Shown piece by piece: positions 50,945 through 61,196 of a stretch of 64,000 nt of DNA. How positions within the stretch are numbered: position 1 is the stretch's first letter; every line of letters starts with the position of its first letter. A program made the position numbers and the translations under genes. Below the pieces are notes generated by a model. That model was not told where the DNA came from. It did no database searches and saw only the letters and a program-made list of their open reading frames with translations. This stretch comes from Utricularia gibba. Taxonomy: Eukaryota > Plantae > Magnoliophyta. Location of the stretch: positions 7,254,001-7,318,000 of the forward strand of contig CM007989.1 of assembly GCA_002189035.1 (NCBI GenBank), given 5' to 3'.

Positions 50945-52256
50945 TCTATTGGTAATGAATGAGCCCCTCCCTCGATATTGCATTATATTTATTGGACGAA
51001 AGAGAGCTTTCCATTAAAATAATCTTGAGAATCTAAAACTATGTTTGTACACAGTAGATGTATAGAAAAAAATGTTCAAATTAATTTTATTATGAAATAC
51101 GATCGAATTTTATTTTAAAAATACCAGAATTTTAAAATCATTTATTATTTTTAATAAACTAACTTCTATTTTATTAGAAATATTTATCGAAATATTTTTT
51201 GATAATTAGAAACTAGACTCTTTAGTTTAGTTTGACATTTTCTTAATATATTATTTGGTATGTCAAAGGTGTCTGGTTAATGCAGATCAAATGAGCAAGT
51301 ACAATAATACAAAGTTGTCCAATCTCCTTATGCATAAGGCTGTTCACCCATTATGCATTTTTAATTTTAATTAAAATTTAAATAAATATTCTCAAAAAAT
51401 TACAAGAATTAATAATCATCGACCAAATTTAACAAAAGGAAGAAGAGAAACCCTTTGTAAATTAGACATTAACTTCCCTAACACACACAAAAAAAAGCAG
51501 ATGCAGACGCCATTAAGGTGACAGTATACTGACAAGGAAAATACATTATTAGATTAGGCAGCGGAAATTGTTAAGTCAAGGTTTTTATCCATTGCACCAT
51601 TTAGAGGAGTGGACATGGTGTGTTAGAAAAATGATTATTTTTATTGTTAAATTTTGTGTAAGAAAAGAGAAATGATGCATGATGAATTTTGTTAAAGATG
51701 CTTTATTCATTACATAGATTTTTTTTTTGCGTGGTGTTGAAATTGAGGATTATATAAATCGAACACATGTGAAGTATTGGTGGTTTTAAAATAATGAATT
51801 CAATTGAGGTTAGATCATTCAGCCCAAACTCGTAACTAAATCGAAATCATTTCAAATGCATGAGAGCTGAAATTAATATTTTGACGGATTGAGCAAGTAC
51901 ATGTAAAATTCAAGTATATAATAAATGTAAATTATGTTAAAAATTATATCTAATTAATTACTAATGACTTGCAATTTATGTTATTAGTTTACATTTATGA
52001 ACATTTTTACCAAAAATTCATTTGTTTTAATCCCAAATAATTAATTATAAATCATTTATCAAACGATGGATCACAAATAAAATAAATAATTATTTTACAA
52101 TATAATAATTGTAACCCCTCTAACGAAAAGGTGTTATTCGTGACCCATTTGAATTGCTTTCCGGGGTCATGCAAAGCAGAAAGCAAGAGGATGCAAAGAC
52201 TAACTTATTGAAAGCAGGAGGATGACACGACGGAGGAACGAGCAAATACCATTTGC

Positions 52257-53016
52257 CTAGCAACGCAGGTTGGTCCACGGATCCACTCCGAACTGGCTGC
52301 AGTAGTTCAGGTAGTTGTTCACCCTCGACGTCACCGCCGCGGTATTGCCGCCGCCGCACTCCATGCCGTTGATCGCCCTAATCGTTGCGCCGAACCCTTG
52401 CCCGGAGATTATAAGATTGTGGCACTTCCCCATCCAGAACCAGAGCGCGGTTTTCCATGCAACCTGGTTGTCTTGGGCGACTCGTTCGGGATTATTGAGT
52501 CCATTGAACCCGATGCTCTGACCCGCCGGACCGTAGTTGTAGTTCCATGATATCTGAAGCGGGCCGCGGCCGTAGTACCCTTTCCCGGGGACGCACGGCC
52601 ACTGCGTGTTGGAAGCGTTACAGTAGTTTCTCGTCGCTCCGTTGATCTCCTCTATGTAGCATAGAGCTGCAAATTACAAAAATCGGTCACGCATTTAGCA
52701 AATCTTCAAAACCCTAGCTAGAGAGGCGACACTCACACCCAGTTTCGTGAGTGACATGAGCGAAGAAGGCAGCGATCTCCCGCTTATCAGCAACAGTCCC
52801 TGTAGTGCCGAAGGCAGGATATGCAGTAGCAGCAAGAAGAAAGGATGCCCTGGTGTAAAATCCCCGGCCCGGGCACCCGCTCCCGGCCTGGTTTACAATG
52901 CTATTGAAGAACGCATCAGACACAATATCCGCCACAGTTCCGCCGCCGGAGCTCTGCGCGTAAGCCGCCAGAAGGATGGACAAGAATGAAGAAAGGATCA
53001 CCGGAGACATGCCCAT
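52257..53016 (-). CDS. Chitinase D: GH19 with no hevein domain, near-twin of chitinase G
   Basis: [45 protein letters not shown]|[23 protein letters not shown]. 70-nt intron at 52667-52736. Confidence 0.92.
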
Positions 53017-53061
53017 CCTTCCTGGCACAGAAACCCGATCCTGTCGAGTGAGTGCGCAATC

Positions 53062-53228
53062 TTTATACAATAAAAGTCAAACTCAAAGATGCTTTGATTG
53101 CCTCTTCGTTACACTGCAGAGCCATTTTCTAACATTCAAAAAAGGAAAGATTACTGTCCAGATTAATTGCGTTTATTCAACGAGAAATGGACAAGCAGTG
53201 GCTTTGTGCATTTAATGCGAATACGTCA
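53062..53228 (-). promoter_or_regulatory. Chitinase D promoter: TATA box + adjacent W-box + TGACG motif
   Basis: TATAAA at 53062-53067, TTGACT at 53075-53080, TGACGTA at 53222-53228. Homologous to the chitinase E and G upstream regions. Confidence 0.55.
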
Positions 53229-53480
53229 GATGTTTATGGACTTCGCCTTGTACGAAAGGTCACCTATTAGGTTAATTTAGATAAAAGAAGCCAATAAAAT
53301 AAATGAAAGACTATATTTATTTATTTATTTAGTTTTGCTTTGTTATAAGCAAAAGTTTTTTTTGTGATTATTTATAAAAAATATTGTAGAATTTAAAGCT
53401 ATATGATTTTTTTTTTTGGTGAAATTGTAAAATAATTACATTTATATAATTTATCTTTTAAAATTCTAAAGTACCCATAT

Positions 53481-53501
53481 AATAATAATAATAATAATAA
53501 T
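53481..53501. repeat. (AAT)7 microsatellite
   Basis: Read directly. Confidence 0.85.
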
Positions 53502-53789
53502 ATGAGTTCTTTTTTAAATTACAGTTTGTATACAGAGTAGATTTCTACAGGGCCTTATGTATTAAAAGTTTGAATTGAATAAGATATATATATATTATTA
53601 AAACATAAGCATAAAAATTTAGATGAATTCGGTATTTTAAAGGATCGTTTGCACAAAAAATTTACATTTCAATTAAAATTTTAAAAAATGCAAAGAAATA
53701 TATATATTTGTTCTTTTAAAAATTTTAATAGAAGTAAGATAAAACAGGAACCAAATTTTAAAGTTAGGGTATTTACCCTATTTTTTCCC

Positions 53790-53900
53790 ACAGTTGCTCC
53801 ACTTGGTGCAACAAGACCCGCACCACAGCCGCAGTTCTGTGCGTAAGCCACCAGGAGAGTTGATAAGAATGAAGACAAGATCACTAGAGAAAATGCCCAT
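53790..53900 (-). pseudogene. Chitinase E relic: promoter + signal peptide + partial hevein domain
   Basis: Homologous to the chitinase G 5' end ([27 protein letters not shown]) but with a frameshift right after ATG GGC ATT and a second shift in the hevein part; truncated, with no catalytic exon. Confidence 0.8.
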
Positions 53901-54599
53901 TTTTCCTGGTGCGGAGATCCTGCGTGCGCGCGATATTTATAGCGCAAAAGTCAAAACACAAATACTATTAGATTGACTGTTTTCGTGCACTGCTTAGTCC
54001 TATTCGGACAATAAAAAAGGGAAGATTAATGTTCGGATTCGATGCTAAGACAGCGGAGGTAATTGCGTTTATTTAACGAGAAATGGTCATGTGATGGCTT
54101 TGTGCATGCATTTGTTTTTGAAATTCAGGATTTTATGAGTCAAATAAGTATATATAAAGATTAAATACATAAAAAACGTGAATCATATTTAAAAAGATTA
54201 AATCCAAAAAAGTACTAATTATCTATAATTTTTTATATACGTGATTATTTTATTTTCAAATATTGATATTGAATTGTTTGTTTTAATATTTGATAAATTT
54301 GTATTACTTTTTTTTATAAATTTTTGTTTCTAAACATTACTAAATAATTGTAAACCATTTAACGAACGTACGATCAAGAACAAAACATTATTTCATAGTT
54401 TATATAAAATGATAATTTAAATTCTGATCTGCCTAACAAAGGATTTGTCAGGCGTTATTGGTATTAAGGAAACACGTTTGCATGGCTTTTCGGGGCCATG
54501 CAAAGCATAAAAGCAAGTAGAGTGGACACCATGGCTAACTTATTGAAAGCAGGAGGATGACACGACGGAGGAACGAGGAAATATCGTGCAAGCGTCTGT

Positions 54600-55894
54600 C
54601 TAGCAACGCTGGTTCGTCCCCGGATCGACTCCGAACTGGTTGCAGTAGTTCAGGTAGTTGTTCACCCTCGATGTCACCGCCGCGGAATTGCCGCCGTTGC
54701 ATTCCATGCCGTTGATCGCCCTAATCGTTGCGCCGAACCCTTGCCCGGAGATTATAAGATTGTGGCAGTTCCCCATCCAGAACCAGAACGCGGTTTTCCA
54801 TGCAACCTGGTTGTCCTGGGCGACTCGTTCGGGATTATTGAGTCCGTTGAAGCCGATGCTCTGACCCGCCGGGCCGTAGTTGTAGTTCCAGGAAATCTGA
54901 AGCGGGCCGCGGCCGTAGTACCCTTTCCCGGGGACGCACGGCCACTGCGTGTTGGAAGCGTCACAGTAGTTTCTTGTTGCCCCGTTGATCTCCTCTATGT
55001 AGCATAGAGCTGCAAATTTCAAAATTCAGTCCTGCATTTTGCTAATCTTCAAAACCCTAGCTAGAGAGGCGACACTCACACCCAGTTTCGTGAGTGACAT
55101 GAGCGAAGAAGGCAGCGATCTCGCGCTTCTTATCGGCGACAGTCCCTGTAGTGCCGAAGGCAGGGTATGCAGTAGCAGCAAGAAGGAAGGATGCCCTGGT
55201 GTAAAATCCACGGCCTGGGCACCCGCTCCCTGCCTGGTTTACAATGCTATTGAAGAACGCATCAGTCACAATATCCCCAACACCACCGCCGCCGGACGGC
55301 GGCGTGTTGTAGCAGGGACCGGCTTGGCAGCCGTCACCGCAATAATCTGCTCCCGTGCCACAGTATCCCCACTTGCTGCAGCACTGGCCCGAAGGACAGT
55401 TGCAGCTCTGTCACAAAAACAACAAATCGTATGAGACAAGAGACTTATTATCAGGTACTTATGATGCAGGATCTGCAAATAAAAATTTAGATTAGATTTC
55501 TGAATACCGCCGATGGTGGCGGCGGCGAGCTATAGCAGGGGCCGGATTTGCAGCCATCTCCACAATAGTCTTGCCCAGTGCCACAGTAGCCCCACTTGCT
55601 GCAGCACATTCCCGAAGGACAGTTGCAGCTCTGTCAAGAAAACCACAAATCGCATCAGACGAGAGACTCACCATCTGGAAATAAAATTTAGATTAGATTT
55701 CTGAATACCGTCGACGGTGGCGGCGGCGAGCTATAGCAGGGGCCGCCTTTGCAGCCGTCACCGCAATAATCTGCTCCCGTGCCACAGTATCCCCACTTGC
55801 TGCAGCACAGGTTCGCACTACAGCCGCAGTTCTGCGCGTACGCCACTAGAAGAATGGATAAGAATGAAGACAGGATCATCAGAAACTTTCCCAT
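54600..55894 (-). CDS. Chitinase G: class IV chitinase with three tandem hevein domains
   Basis: Exons 55894-55709 (signal peptide + hevein 1 + SSPPPPST), 55630-55508 (hevein 2 + SSPPPPSA), 55407-55080 (hevein 3 + GH19 N-terminal part to HETG), 55009-54600. The first two introns are phase 0 with canonical GT/AG. Confidence 0.9.
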
Positions 55895-55933
55895 GTTTGC
55901 TGGTCTGGAAATACTACCTCGTAAGTGCACGAT

Positions 55934-56096
55934 ATTTATAACACACAAAGTCAAACTAAAATACGCTTTTCTTACCACCACAATAAAAAAGGACGATTAA
56001 TGTTCAGATTCGATGGTAACACAGTAGAGGTTATTGTTTTTTATTGGACAGGAAATGGTCAAGTGTTGGCTTTGTGCATGCACTTTGAATACGTCA
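55934..56096 (-). promoter_or_regulatory. Chitinase G promoter: TATA box + W-boxes + TGACG motif
   Basis: TATAAAT at 55934-55940, TTGACT at 55949-55954, TTGACC near 56057-56062, TGACGTA at 56090-56096. Confidence 0.55.
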
Positions 56097-57077
56097 AATG
56101 CTCATGCACTTCGCCTTGTGCCTAAGGGCGCTTACCCATTCAACCGCGCACTAGAAAATATTTATTCGAGATCGCATTTGTGATACTATTAATGATTAAT
56201 TAAGAGTTTGATAAATATTGATATTATAAGATATGTTTTATCCAAACAAAACATTTCACATTTGAATAAATATTAAAACCTTCTTTTATTAAAAATTTCT
56301 TTTTTCTTATAATTAAAACTAATTATGTAATTTAAAGATATATTTTTTCGGAAATTGCGTAATTTGCAAAAACAAATTACGGATTTTCGGTGAAATTTAA
56401 ATCTTTTAGGATTCTAAAGTCATATAATATTTGTACAGGGAGTTGATTTCTAAATAACCTTATTTATTAACAGTTTGACTTTCATGTGTATATATATTAA
56501 AGTCAATATTTATTTTAAATAATATGGGTACTTTATTAAAGTTTATTTATTTTAAAGCCATTTAAATATATATACATATATATTGTTAAAAGATAATAAA
56601 ACGAAAAGATGAATGTAGTATTTTAAATGTCCAAAAATATCATGAATCACTTGCACTATGATAAATGGTTTGGATGATTCGATAATTGTTCAAATCATGA
56701 TTAAATCATTCGTTTATTTAAACTTTTTTGATGTTTTACTTATAAAAAACAAGATTGTGATTGAATTGTGATTGCGTCACAATTCTTTTTTTCCTCTATT
56801 CTAGAAAAGTTTAAATTTAACTCATTCTTTATCATAAGCGATTTGTGGTCCAAAACAATTTAATCCTGATTTTTTTAAATATTGAGAATTTTTTATGTGA
56901 ATTTTAATAAAATGATTGTTCTAGTAATTTTTTATTATTTATTTATTCATTTGTTAAGAAAAATAAAAAAAAGAAATTAGAAAATAACCTAGGATGAATA
57001 TTTAAATCAGGAGCTGATTTTATTGAGTATTAGATCTCATTTCACACATCTCATGCGTTTTCAAGCATCCGAGGTTT

Positions 57078-57964
57078 CTAGCAACGCTGATTGCTCCCCG
57101 GATCGACGCCGAACTGGCTGCAGTAGTTCACATAGTTATTCACTCTGGACGTCACCGTCGCAGCGTTGGCGCCGTTGCATTCCAATTGCCCGTTGATCGC
57201 CCTAATCGTCGCGCCGAATCCCTGGCCGGAAGTTATCGGACTATGGCAGTTCGCCATCCAAAACCAGAGGGCTGTCCGCCACGCGATCACACTGTTCCGG
57301 GCCACCGTGTCGGGATTATTGAGTCCGTCGAAACCGATGCTCCGACCCGCGGGGCCGTAATTGTAGTTCCACGATAGCTGAAGGGGGCCGCGGCCGTAGT
57401 AGCCTCTGCCGGAGGCGCATGGCCACTGCGTGTTGGTAGCATCGCAGTAGTTCCTCGTTGCCCCATTGATCTCTTCTATGTAGCACAGAGCTGCACATTT
57501 TCACCCATTTTCAACAAATAAGATAATTTCAAGCTCTTCATGTTAAGAAGTGAACAAAAAAAGGAAAACCCACATCCAGTTTCATGGGTGACATGAGCGA
57601 AGAACGCCGCGATCTCGCGCCTGGAATCAGCAGCCGACCCGGTGGCTCCAAACGCAGGGTAGTAGCTAGCCGCCTGCAGAAACGAAGCCCGGGTGTAAAA
57701 TCCCCGACCCGCGCAGCTCGCCGGAGCCCGGTTTACAATGCTATTGAAGAATGCATCGGTGACAATATCGGAAACCCGGACTCCATTAGACGGCGGCTGA
57801 GTACAGGGGCCTGATTGGCAGCCATTCCCGCAGTAATCCACCCCAGTTCCACAGTATCCCCACCGGCTGCAGCACAAGTCTGATGCACAGCCGCAGTTCT
57901 GCGCCGAAACCGCCAGGAGAACGGATAAGAGTGAAGAGACGAATAGCAGCACAGAATTGCCCAT
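57078..57964 (-). CDS. Class IV chitinase H (canonical, 1 hevein domain)
   Basis: [32 protein letters not shown]|[23 protein letters not shown]. Confidence 0.95.
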
Positions 57965-58651
57965 GCTTCGGTGTGGAATCATTAACTAGGGAACGCTTGG
58001 TACTTATAAGCAGGCAAAAATAGTATACCATTATACAGGAAACCATCTTTTCTTACTGCAGATCTCGTCGGTACGGACACGGGAAGCTGGCCCCCAATGT
58101 GGACTGGCGACTCGGTCGTCGTTGCGGTCAACACAGACTTGTTCAATTCCAAACCCCTGTTTGAAAAACTGACAAATACCTACTGATTTACAGTGTAAAA
58201 GGAAGAATATGTGATGCCATTGATTTTGAAACATGGTATATCTTTAAAAAATTTCATATTTTATTAAAATGATGTATTTAATCTCTATTATTTTTCTAAA
58301 ATGATATTTTAAATCTTTATATTATTTATATTAGAACAACATTATCATATTAAAATAATCAAATATATAAAAAATTATAAATTACTAATAATTTATTTAA
58401 TTTAATTTTTTTAATATGATTCAATTTTTTTTATGTATTTTAGGTTCATATGAAATCATTCGATTTATCGAATCATGAATTTCAATAATGAAAAAGTATA
58501 TTTAATATTTAAAAATTGAAATTATTTAGTTCTCACTGTCACTAGTCCCCCAGTGTTTTGTGAAAGCAGAAATTATTTTAAATATATATTCAAATATTGA
58601 TTTTTATTGCATTTATTTTATTCCTATTACATCGCATGCACCAGAGCGCCT

Positions 58652-59588
58652 CTAGCAACGCTGATTGTTGCCGGGAGCAACCCCGATTTGACGGCATAAG
58701 GTTATAAAGATGTTCACTCTCGCCGTCACGATGGAAGGGTTGGCGCCGTCGCATTCGAGTCGGCCGTTGATCGCTCTGATCGTGGCCCCGAAGCCCTGCC
58801 CTGAAGTAATAGGGCCGTGGCAACTCTGCATCCAGAACCAAAGAGCAGTTCTCCAGGAGATCACACTGTTCTGGGCCACTATGTTGGGGTTGTCGAGACC
58901 GTTGAATCCGATGCTACGGCCGGCGGCGCCGTAGTTGCGGTTCCCGGTGAGCTGAAGAGGGCCGCGCCCGTAGTAGCTTCTGTTGGGCGAGCATGGAAAT
59001 TCCCTGTCCGCCGGGTCGCAGTAGGAGTTCCCTCTGCTGTTCTCCTCGATGAAGCACAGATCTGCAACCCGTCAAATTGGAGTAAATTGGTGAATCTTTT
59101 TAACCCATAACCTCTAGAATTCGCACACGCCATGAACAATCATCTGGAAGCGCTTGGAATCCAATTCTAAGTAACTGAGAAGGTATAAAATTGTGGGGTT
59201 TAACGAGAGTAGTCTGTGTTTTTGAACTTACATCCAGTTTCATGAGTTACGTGAGCGAAGAAGGCAGCAATCTCGCGCCTGGAATCATCACCAGACCCCT
59301 GGTGCCAAACTCAGGGTAAAAGCTGAGAGCCTGGAGAAACGAATCCCTGGTATAAAATCCCCGTCCGGCGCACCCCGCGGGAGCTTGGTTCCTTATACCA
59401 TCAAGAAACGCATCGGTCACAATATCCGCAACCCGCACACCGCTTCCCGGCAACCCGCAATAGTCCGGTCCGGTGCCGCAGAAGCCGAAGCGGCTGCAGC
59501 ACAAGCCGGGAGCGCAGTTGCAGTTCTGGCCACAGACTGCGAGGAAACCCGATAGAAGGGAGAAAGCAAGAAGCAGACACGTGTTCAT
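58652..59588 (-). CDS. Divergent class IV chitinase I (6-Cys hevein; altered QLTGNRNY motif)
   Basis: QNCNCAPGLCCSRFGFCGTGPDYCGLPGSGVRV; [15 protein letters not shown] is reached across a -1 frameshift at 59296-59299; exon 2 reads [29 protein letters not shown]. Confidence 0.85.
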
Positions 59589-59727
59589 CTTTGCAATAGA
59601 TCACAGAAGCCGGGGAATGATGGGTGTCTATAAAGAACCATCGCCCTCGGAGAAGGTCCAAAACATGGTGGAATAAACGAAAAAGCAATTGCATTTTTCC
59701 AAAGGAACCTGCATTTTGGCTTACTAG

Positions 59728-59738
59728 TTGACTTGACC
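59728..59738 (+). promoter_or_regulatory. Overlapping tandem W-boxes upstream of chitinase I
   Basis: TTGACTTGACC read directly about 140 bp upstream of the ATG. Confidence 0.5.
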
Positions 59739-61196
59739 GACTTCGCGACTATTCGTTCCACATGACTCATGTGATTCAATAAACAGAAATTTAGTGTATT
59801 AAACATATAACCTAACGTTTGAAAATCAGAATCAATTAATCTTTCTAACATATATAAAATTCTATTTTACGAAAATTAAACAACAAATTATTTCTATTAG
59901 AATATGTAAATTTTTTATTAGAAAAGATTTTCGATAATTATTTTTAAAATTAAAATTACAGTTATATCAGTTTTATAAATAATTTAATTATCTTAATTCT
60001 TAAATTATTTCTAATGTAAATATATTTTAGTAAATAATAATTTAAATTATAATTAAAAATTAAATAATATTTTTATAATATAAATATATACAAAATATTT
60101 TTAAATTATAAATTTTTAAATTAAAATTATTAATAAATATGGATAAATATGTTATTAAGTTATTAAAATCAATTATTAATTTTTATATTACAAACATAAA
60201 TTATTTTATATATTGTATCATTTTATGAAAATTTTCAATTATGTAAAATCAATTTTGAAGTGATTTTTTGAAATGTAACTATAATATCATACAATAGAAT
60301 AATAAATCATAACAAAGAATCAAATTGGGAATTAATTATTTTTAAATAGGAACATTCCTATATTATTTCTTAAATACTTAATTAAAATTATTTTGTATGA
60401 AATAATTTAAAATATAATGTACACTAAAAAATTGACCAATTTCAATATAATTTTTTCATCGAGATAAAATTTATAAATGACCTCACAAATATGTTTCAAT
60501 TTATCATAGTTTTTAAATTAAAAAAACCAATGACTAATAATACTATTATTAAGACACGTGTTGTAACGCGGCACTGGTCAAGTTTTTGCCTTTTCTTAGG
60601 GCCCATATTTTCATATTTTTTTTCTAATACTTTAAGAATTTTAATAATTATATTATACCAAACTTCTTGGGGCATTTGTTCTCTTGTGTCTTGCTAAAGG
60701 AAAAAAAGGTACGCAAATGTGAGTATTTTTTAAAATATTTTACTATGGAAAATAAAAATAAGAAAAAAAGAAACGCAATAGAAACTCTATTTTAATATTT
60801 AAATGTTTTTGTTCATTTAATTTTTGAATAATTACATGTCGAATGTATAAATATATTTAATTATTTAATTAATAGGAATAAATGAATGTATATTCAATGA
60901 TTTATATAATTATATGAATAAATATTATTAAATTTTTGTAGGTATTTCTATTGTGAAAAATTTTAAAAATATATTCTTGAATGGAAAAAAAACGTTTTTT
61001 GTTGCATTGAAAAAAGAATGGAAAAAATAAATTTTCTTTGTGGTCAAATGGATAAAGGAGGTGAGGTTGAATGTTTGACCTGAAAAGTCGTAGGGCGGCG
61101 TGTACGAACTGCATTTGGCCACAGTGATCTTCTGCAATCCAATTCGCTAAATTCAAGAGCTGATCTCGCGTTTGCTCACCAGTGCGCCGGCGAATC

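Noticed and set aside
55631-55708. TTCCAG|ATG|GTGAGT inside chitinase G intron 1, resembling a 3-nt micro-exon
   Set aside because: The flanking introns would be only 34 and 41 nt, below the usual plant minimum. It is more likely a relic of the duplication junction.
56125-56155. GC-rich segment followed by CTAG, a possible Helitron 3' end
   Set aside because: No clean hairpin at the expected spacing, CTAG is not followed by T, and no 5' TC terminus was identified.
44266-59139. Long plus-strand ORFs antisense to the chitinase exons (e.g. 46324-46842, 55039-55434)
   Set aside because: These are shadows of GC-rich, codon-biased coding sequence on the opposite strand.
5540-59299. Calling SIG1, MAEA, RNF10-like, CLC-e, UGT74 and others pseudogenes or programmed-frameshift genes
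   Set aside because: All the lesions are single-base losses in G/C runs, with conserved sequence on both sides. Assembly error is the simpler explanation.
59760-61000. Extremely AT-rich spacers (also 45500-46300, 51050-52100, 56150-57050) as possible MITEs
   Set aside because: I could not find terminal inverted repeats or target-site duplications by eye. A repeat-library search is needed.
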